A DNA stretch of 12,439 nucleotides. It comes from Candidatus Sumerlaeia bacterium. GTDB taxonomy: Bacteria; Sumerlaeota; Sumerlaeia; SLMS01. The translations under genes and the position numbers were made by a program. The stretch lies in the NCBI GenBank assembly GCA_038208905.1, contig JBBQYG010000123.1, positions 1 through 12,439 of the forward strand. Reading direction: 5' to 3'. Each line of letters begins with the position of its first letter. Position 1 is the first letter of the stretch. The notes below the pieces were generated by a model. The model was given only the letters and a program-made list of their open reading frames with translations, ran no database searches and had not been told where the DNA came from. This document shows positions 6,907 through 12,439 of this stretch, one piece after another.

Positions 6907-8408
6907 GAATGCTGTTTGCCGCGCTGCTGATGGCGGCGCTGGCGCTGGGCGGCGCCGGGTGCGCGCGCGCCTACCGCGACTATGGCGAGGCACCCGCCCC
7001 CCCGCCGCCCCCCACAACCGAGAGGAACCACGACGTGACGATTCACACGTTTTCCAATGGCCTGACCCTGATCCATCGCCGCTCCGCCGCCAATGCCATC
7101 GCGGGAGTTTCAACGTATATACACACGGGCGCCAGCGAGGACGACGCGCGCGACGCGGGCCTGACCAACCTGATGATGCGCACAATGCAGAAGGGGACCA
7201 CGAGCCGCAGCGCCGAGGAAATCGCCGAGCAGCTCGCCCTTCTGGGCGCGGGGCTCGGCACGTCGGCGGGCCAGGATTTCTGCAAGGTCTCGATCCAGTG
7301 CCTGACCGAAGACCTTGGCCCCGCAATGGAGATTTTCGCCGACGTGCTGCTGAACGCGACGTTTCCCGACTCGGAGCTGGAGCTCGAGCGCAAGAAGGTC
7401 CTCGCCAGCATCCGCATGGGGCAGGACCAGAACAGTGTAGTGGCGTCGCGGCGCCTCAACCGCGAGCTGTTTGGCGAGCACGCCTATGGCCGCCCCGTGG
7501 AGGGGCTTGCGGAGACAGTCCAGGCGCTCCCCCGGGCCATGATCGCCACGCGCCACCGCGCGTCGTTCCTGCCCGGCAACATGGTCATGGCGGTTGTTTG
7601 CAATGCGGAGTTCGAGGAAGTGCGGGCCATCGTGGAGGCCAATTTTCCAAAGGAGGCGCCCACGCCAAAGCGCCGCTTTACCGCCGACAAGATCATCGCA
7701 CCATCGGCCAGCCGGACCGAGATCCTCAAGAACTCCGAGCAGGCTTTCGTGCTGCTGGGCGTGCGCCTGTGCGGGGAGGGCGATCCCGACGAGCCCGCCA
7801 TCGAGGTGGCCTCGACGATTCTGGGCTCCGGCATGAGCTCGCGCCTTTTCAGCGAACTCCGCGACCGCCGCGGACTCGCCTACGCCGTGGGCGCCTATCC
7901 CGTGTTCCACCGCTATCAGGGCTACCTTGCCGCCTACATCGGCACCAAGCCCGAGAACGCCACCCTGCGCCGGACGGAAAGCAAGAGCCACGAGGACCGA
8001 CTGGCGGCGCTGGAGGAGCTTGGCTTCGCCGATCAGGCAGAGCGCCTGCGCGAGAGCGGCGACCGGGATTTCGAGGGGCGGCTTGCTTCCCTCGCCGAGG
8101 AAGGCCTCTGGAACGAGATCGAGCGCCTGCGCGAGTCGGCGGTGCTCCCAGAAGAACTGGAACGCGCCAAGAACTACATCGCCGGCGACTACCTCCGCTC
8201 CCACGAGAGGAACATGAACCAGGCCGGCTACCTTGCCTGGTGGCACATCACCGGCCGCGGCGTGGAATACGACGCCCGCTACCTGGACTCGATCCGCGCG
8301 GTGACATCCCGGGACATCATGCGGGTAGCCAACAAGTACTTCCTGGACCCGACGGCGGTGGTGGTCAGGCCGCCGGACGGCGCCGCAGCGGGGGCTGGCT
8401 CTCCCTGA
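6903..8408 (+). CDS. M16B peptidase-like partner subunit lacking zinc ligands, predicted lipoprotein (501 aa)
   Basis: ATGA overlap with the previous stop. Signal peptide MRMLFAALLMAALALGGAG-C20, FSNGL, HXXEH replaced by NLMMR (GLTNLMMRTMQKGT), LGSGMSSRLFSELRDRRGLAY, EELERAK, VTSRDIMRVANKY. Confidence 0.92.
   Translation: MRMLFAALLMAALALGGAGCARAYRDYGEAPAPPPPPTTERNHDVTIHTFSNGLTLIHRRSAANAIAGVSTYIHTGASEDDARDAGLTNLMMRTMQKGTTSRSAEEIAEQLALLGAGLGTSAGQDFCKVSIQCLTEDLGPAMEIFADVLLNATFPDSELELERKKVLASIRMGQDQNSVVASRRLNRELFGEHAYGRPVEGLAETVQALPRAMIATRHRASFLPGNMVMAVVCNAEFEEVRAIVEANFPKEAPTPKRRFTADKIIAPSASRTEILKNSEQAFVLLGVRLCGEGDPDEPAIEVASTILGSGMSSRLFSELRDRRGLAYAVGAYPVFHRYQGYLAAYIGTKPENATLRRTESKSHEDRLAALEELGFADQAERLRESGDRDFEGRLASLAEEGLWNEIERLRESAVLPEELERAKNYIAGDYLRSHERNMNQAGYLAWWHITGRGVEYDARYLDSIRAVTSRDIMRVANKYFLDPTAVVVRPPDGAAAGAGSP
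7989..8138 (+). repeat. Intragenic tandem duplication, 81-nt / 27-aa period, two diverged copies
   Basis: HEDRLAALEELGFADQAERLRES vs FEGRLASLAEEGLWNEIERLRES (13/23 identical). Exact 15-mer GAGCGCCTGCGCGAG at 8040 and 8121. Confidence 0.75.
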
Positions 8409-8437
8409 TCCCACTGCTCGCGATTCGGGCATGGGAT
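8408..8437 (+). terminator. Stem-loop at the 3' end of the M16 pair, no U-tract
   Basis: ATCCCA(C)TGCTCG-CGATT-CGGGCA-TGGGAT: 12-bp stem with one bulge and one G-U pair. Confidence 0.4.
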
Positions 8438-8461
8438 TCATCGAAAAACCGCAATACCGGC

Positions 8462-8503
8462 TTGCCTCTCCCCCACCGCCCGGAGAGACTTTCCCGCTAT
8501 ACT
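8462..8503 (+). promoter_or_regulatory. Candidate gyrA promoter region
   Basis: Near-consensus -10 TATACT at 8498-8503 without a good -35 at normal spacing. Alternatively TTGCCT(8462)-N17-GAGACT(8485). An A-tract lies upstream at 8444-8448. Confidence 0.4.
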
Positions 8504-8565
8504 GATGGGGGGCTCTGCGCCCCCGATTCTTCCCTCCACCAATCGTTCCGGAGACTCGCCGCCCG

Positions 8566-11079
8566 ATGGATGAATTTCGCGAAAACATAAGTCCGATCGC
8601 CATCGAGGAGGAGATGCGCATCTCCTTCCTCGACTACTCGATGTCGGTAATCGTGAGCCGAGCCCTTCCCGATGTGCGGGACGGCTTGAAGCCCGTTCAC
8701 CGCCGCATCCTGTACGCCAGCTACACGCGCGGATTCCGCTCCAATCGGTCGCCCTCCAAGTCTGCCAAGATCGTCGGCGAGGTGATGGGCAACTTCCACC
8801 CCCACGGCGACAGCGCGATCTACGACGCACTCGTTCGCATGGCCCAGACGTGGTCCATGCGCGTGCCGCTCATCGACGGGCAGGGCAACTTTGGCTCGGT
8901 GGACAACGATCCCGCCGCCGCCATGCGTTACACCGAGGCGCGCATGACCGCCGCCGGCGAGGCGCTGCTGCTCGACATCGAGAAGGACACCGTGGACCTG
9001 GTGCCGACCTATGACGGCAAGGAGATGGAGCCGTCGGTTCTTCCCTCCGCGTTTCCCAACCTCCTGGTCAACGGCTCCGAAGGCATCGCCGTGGGTATGG
9101 CGACCAAGATCCCGCCCCACAACATGGGCGAGGTGATCGACGCGCTGTTGATGTTGATCGACAATCCCAAGGCCACGATGGAAGAGGTCATGGTCAAGCT
9201 GCCGGGGCCGGACTTCCCCACGGGCGGCTATATCCTCGGGCGGGAAGGCATCAAGTCGGCCTATGCCACTGGACGCGGGCGCGTGGTGATGCGCGCGCGG
9301 TGCCACGTGGAGCAGCTTAAGAACGGCAAGGAAGCCGTGATCGTGACGGAGCTTCCCTATCAGGTGAACAAGGCCCGCCTGGTAGAGGACATCGCGATCC
9401 AAGTCCGCGAGAAGAAGCTGATCGGCATCACCGACGTGAACGACGAGTCGGACCGCGACGGCATGCGCATGGTGATCGAGCTTCGCCGAGGCGAGGAATC
9501 GCAGGTCATCATCAACAACCTGTACAAGCACACGGCGATGCAGACGAACTTTGGCGTGATCCTTCTCGCCATCGTGAACAACCAGCCGCGCTACCTCTCG
9601 CTGATGCGCATCCTGCACCTGTACATACAGCACCGCCGCGAGGTGCTGATGCGCGGCACGCGCTACGACCTCAACAAGGCCCAGGAACGCCTCCACATCG
9701 TCAACGGGCTCCTGATCGCGCTCGCGAACATCGACGAGGTGGTGAAGATCATCCGCGAGAGCAAGGACACGGACTCGGCCCGCGAGCGCCTGATGGAGCG
9801 CTTCCTCCTCTCCAAGCGCCAGACCGACGCGATCCTGGAGATGCGCCTGCGCACGTTGACCGCGCTCGAGGTTCACAAGCTCGAAGACGAGGCCAACGAC
9901 CTGAGGGCGCGCATCACGGAGTACGAGGAGATCCTCGGCTCCGTGAAGCGCCAGTACGAGGTGATCCGCAAGGACCTCGTCGATACGAAGAAGAAGTTCG
10001 CCTCTCCGCGCCAGAGCGAGATCATCAACGATCCCGGCGAGATGACCGTGGAGGACCTGATCGCGGAAGAGCGCATGGTCGTCACGATTAGCCACATGGG
10101 CTATATCAAGCGCACGGAGACCAGCCTGTATCGCAAGCAGAAGCGCGGCGGAAAGGGCACCATCGGCGCGGAGACCAAGGACGAGGATTGGGTCGAGCAT
10201 CTTTTCGTGGGCACCACCCACGACTACATCATGTTCTTCACCAACAAGGGGAAGGCCTACTGGCTAAAGGTGTGGGAACTTCCCCAGGGTGGCCGCGCCA
10301 GCAAGGGGCGCCCCATCGTCAACCTGCTGGAGGCGCTCGACAAGGACGAGAAGGTGGAGTCCGTCGTGTCGGTATCGGAGTTCAATCCCGACCTCTATCT
10401 GGTGTTCTGCACCAAGAAGGGTCAGGTGCAGAAGAACTCCCTCGAGCTGTATAGCAACCCGATGCGCAAGGGCATCAAGGCGATCAATATCGCCGAGGAC
10501 GACGAGCTGGTCACCGTTAAGCTCGGCGAGGACAACCGCGACCTCCTGATTGCGACGCGCATGGGAATGGCGATCCGCTTCAAGGTGGGCGACATCCGCG
10601 CCGCCGGTCGCTTCACCCAGGGCGTCCGAGGCATCTCGCTGGCCGCCGATGACTACGTCATCGGCATGGAGAGCCTGCGCCCCGGCAGCACGATCCTCAC
10701 AGTCTCCGAGGCGGGCATGGGCAAGCGGTCCGACATCGACGACTATCGCACGATCAGCCGCGGTGGCAAAGGCGTGATCAACATGAAGATCACGGAGAAG
10801 ACCGGCAAGATCGTGGGCATCAACGAGGTGATCGACACCGACGAGATGATCATGATCACGGCGGCGGGCCAGACGATCCGGTTCAAGGTGACCGACCTTC
10901 GCGTGATTGGCCGCAATACCCAGGGCGTGAAGCTCTTCAACCTCGCGAAGAAAGACAACATCATGGCCGTCTCCCGCGTGGCGGAAGAAGAGGACAAGAC
11001 CGTGGACGGCGAAGGAAACAGCCTCCCACTGGACGAGGACGACGAGCCCATCATCGGCGAGCCGACGACGGAGGAGTAA
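8566..11079 (+). CDS. gyrA: DNA gyrase subunit A (837 aa)
   Basis: RALPDVRDGLKPVHRR, HPHGDSAIYD (S83/D87), AAAMRY122TEA, GIAVGMAT, GPDFPTG, GyrA-box QKRGGKG (10138-10158) which distinguishes it from ParC, beta-pinwheel repeats, acidic C-terminal tail. Confidence 0.98.
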   Translation: MDEFRENISPIAIEEEMRISFLDYSMSVIVSRALPDVRDGLKPVHRRILYASYTRGFRSNRSPSKSAKIVGEVMGNFHPHGDSAIYDALVRMAQTWSMRVPLIDGQGNFGSVDNDPAAAMRYTEARMTAAGEALLLDIEKDTVDLVPTYDGKEMEPSVLPSAFPNLLVNGSEGIAVGMATKIPPHNMGEVIDALLMLIDNPKATMEEVMVKLPGPDFPTGGYILGREGIKSAYATGRGRVVMRARCHVEQLKNGKEAVIVTELPYQVNKARLVEDIAIQVREKKLIGITDVNDESDRDGMRMVIELRRGEESQVIINNLYKHTAMQTNFGVILLAIVNNQPRYLSLMRILHLYIQHRREVLMRGTRYDLNKAQERLHIVNGLLIALANIDEVVKIIRESKDTDSARERLMERFLLSKRQTDAILEMRLRTLTALEVHKLEDEANDLRARITEYEEILGSVKRQYEVIRKDLVDTKKKFASPRQSEIINDPGEMTVEDLIAEERMVVTISHMGYIKRTETSLYRKQKRGGKGTIGAETKDEDWVEHLFVGTTHDYIMFFTNKGKAYWLKVWELPQGGRASKGRPIVNLLEALDKDEKVESVVSVSEFNPDLYLVFCTKKGQVQKNSLELYSNPMRKGIKAINIAEDDELVTVKLGEDNRDLLIATRMGMAIRFKVGDIRAAGRFTQGVRGISLAADDYVIGMESLRPGSTILTVSEAGMGKRSDIDDYRTISRGGKGVINMKITEKTGKIVGINEVIDTDEMIMITAAGQTIRFKVTDLRVIGRNTQGVKLFNLAKKDNIMAVSRVAEEEDKTVDGEGNSLPLDEDDEPIIGEPTTEE

Positions 11080-11115
11080 TCGAGGCGGGCGAAACCGGCG
11101 GGAAACGGAGCGCAG

Positions 11116-11571
11116 ATGAGCAACAGAGTGGCCAGCATCCTGGCGGTGATCGTCCTTGTTGCGGTCGGCGTCGCGCTGCTGTCCCGGGCGCTCTTTCACG
11201 GCGATCCGCCGCCGGTTGGCCCGCCGGTGGCGGACGTACCGGCGCCGGTGGCGCGCTCGCTGCCTCGCGGCGACGAACCAACTCCGCCACGCCCTCGCCC
11301 GACACTGGTCGCCACGCCCGGCCCCGGTGACACGCCGGTGATGATGGATGTGCTGGAGCCCTTCGATCCGCCGAAGGAACTCGTGTTTCCTCCCACGCCA
11401 AATCCGCCCCTTGATGCGCCCCCGCCCACGCCAGGACGCACGCCCGCGGGCCGCCAAGTCGTTCCCGTGCAGACCGGCGCCGACGGCATGCCGAAGGGTC
11501 CCGTGCCCAACCCCGACGACGTGATCGGCCCCGACGGCAAGCCCGCCCCCGTTCTGCCGGGCGGCCCCTGA
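11116..11571 (+). CDS. Hypothetical Pro-rich protein with N-terminal TM/signal anchor (151 aa)
   Basis: GGAG 5 nt before the ATG. MSNR followed by a hydrophobic helix, then ~39 Pro in 151 aa. Fills the gap between gyrA and the next gene, with 36-nt and 7-nt spacers. Confidence 0.75.
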   Translation: MSNRVASILAVIVLVAVGVALLSRALFHGDPPPVGPPVADVPAPVARSLPRGDEPTPPRPRPTLVATPGPGDTPVMMDVLEPFDPPKELVFPPTPNPPLDAPPPTPGRTPAGRQVVPVQTGADGMPKGPVPNPDDVIGPDGKPAPVLPGGP

Positions 11572-11578
11572 ACCCGCG

Positions 11579-12439
11579 ATGAAGCAAGTTCTCCAGGACC
11601 TCCGAGCGGGGCGGACGCTCCTCATGGAGGTCCCGGCGCCGAAGTGCCCGGAACACGGTCTCCTCATCCGCGCGCGTCGTAGCGCTGTGTCGCCGGGGAC
11701 GGAACGTACCCTCGTCGAGTTCTCGCGCGGCGGGCTCCTCCACAAGGCGCGCTCGCAACCGGAGCGGGTCCGAGAAGTCCTTGCCAAGATTCGCACGGAC
11801 GGGCTCATGCCCACGATGGAGGCCGTCTTCGCGAAGCTGAACGAGCCGATGCCACTCGGCTACTGCTGCGCGGGCGTGGTCATCGATCAGGGCGGCGAGG
11901 AGCTGCGCCGGCGATTTCCCACAGGCACCCGCGTCGCCACCAACGCACCCCATGCGGAGTTCGCCGCTGTTGGGCCGATGCTCGCCGCGCGGATTCCCGC
12001 TGGCGTTTCCGACGATGCCGCCGCGTTTACGCCGCTCGCTGCCATCGCGCTGCAGGGAATCCGTCTCGCTGCGCCCACGCTCGGCGAGCGAGTCTTCGTC
12101 ATCGGAACGGGGCTGGTCGGCCTGCTGGCGGTGCAGTTGCTGCGGGCCAACGGGTGCCGCGTCCTTGCCTTCGATCCCGATGCGAAGCGACTGGAACTCG
12201 CCCGGCTCTTCGGCGCCGAACCCGCCGATCCCGCAAGTGAGGAGAACGTGGACGCGGTGCTGATCTGCGCGGCGACATCGTCTCAGGAGCCCATCCGCCA
12301 AGCCGCTGCGATGTGCCGCCCGCGCGGTCGCATCGTGCTGGTGGGCGTCGCGGGGCTGGAGATCGACCGCACGCAGTTCTTTCGCAAGGAGCTTGGCTTC
12401 TCCGTCTCGTGCTCCTACGGCCCCGGGCGCTACGACGAG
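11579..12439 (+). CDS. Bi-domain oxidoreductase, N-terminal medium-chain dehydrogenase-like domain; 3' truncated by the window
   Basis: Manual translation, open to the window end: MKQVLQDLRAGRTLLMEVPAP...SAVSPGTERTLVEF...KARSQPERVREVLAKIRTDGL...KLNEPMPLGYCCAG...HAEF...AAFTPLAAIALQGIR...IGTGLVGLL...GRIVLVG...FFRKEL...SCSYGPGRYDE. These motifs are typical of the bi-domain oxidoreductases in surface-polysaccharide loci. Confidence 0.88.
   Translation, partial: MKQVLQDLRAGRTLLMEVPAPKCPEHGLLIRARRSAVSPGTERTLVEFSRGGLLHKARSQPERVREVLAKIRTDGLMPTMEAVFAKLNEPMPLGYCCAGVVIDQGGEELRRRFPTGTRVATNAPHAEFAAVGPMLAARIPAGVSDDAAAFTPLAAIALQGIRLAAPTLGERVFVIGTGLVGLLAVQLLRANGCRVLAFDPDAKRLELARLFGAEPADPASEENVDAVLICAATSSQEPIRQAAAMCRPRGRIVLVGVAGLEIDRTQFFRKELGFSVSCSYGPGRYDE

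Noticed and set aside
8508..8524. GGGGGC-TCTGC-GCCCCC hairpin in the gyrA leader as a riboswitch or ncRNA
   Set aside because: A single 6-bp stem in a ~60-nt leader with no recognisable aptamer; expected by chance at this GC content.
4098..8621. Long antisense or alternate-frame ORFs (4098-5678, 5497-7326, 6959-8590, 7110-8621)
   Set aside because: Arg/Gly/Pro/Ala-rich translations typical of stop-poor GC-rich DNA, overlapping well-supported genes.
8497..10221. 574-aa antisense ORF over gyrA (also 10264-11814)
   Set aside because: Codon-register shadow of a strongly biased high-GC gene. It has no motifs, and gyrA fully explains the region.
8566..11079. ParC identity, an intein, or a quinolone-resistance allele
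   Set aside because: The GyrA-box is intact, length is normal with no insertion after Y122, and S83/D87 are unchanged.
11051..12301. 416-aa minus-strand ORF
   Set aside because: Antisense to the oxidoreductase frame starting at 11579, which carries recognisable family motifs.

Overview
High-GC bacterial chromosomal window, almost entirely coding and mostly housekeeping or envelope genes. No mobile element, CRISPR array, rRNA or tRNA was seen. In order: a minus-strand membrane-anchored hypothetical gene (23-883), divergent from a two-domain GH3 beta-N-acetylhexosaminidase (NagZ-type). Then a plus-strand run of pilD-like prepilin peptidase, aroE, aroK and two overlapping M16B peptidase genes. 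Then a stand-alone gyrA, a small Pro-rich membrane protein, and the 5' part of a bi-domain (MDR + Gfo/Idh/MocA-type) oxidoreductase that is missing from the ORF track because it runs off the window. The best candidate for something undescribed is the M16 pair. Both subunits carry lipoprotein signal peptides, the catalytic motifs are split between them (HXXEH in one, R/Y pair in the other), and the second has an 81-nt-period internal duplication. Other oddities are a G-tract decamer repeat (G-quadruplex pattern) just upstream of aroE, a PilD with two ~50-aa insertions, and U-less hairpins starting inside three stop codons. I cannot establish novelty without database searches.
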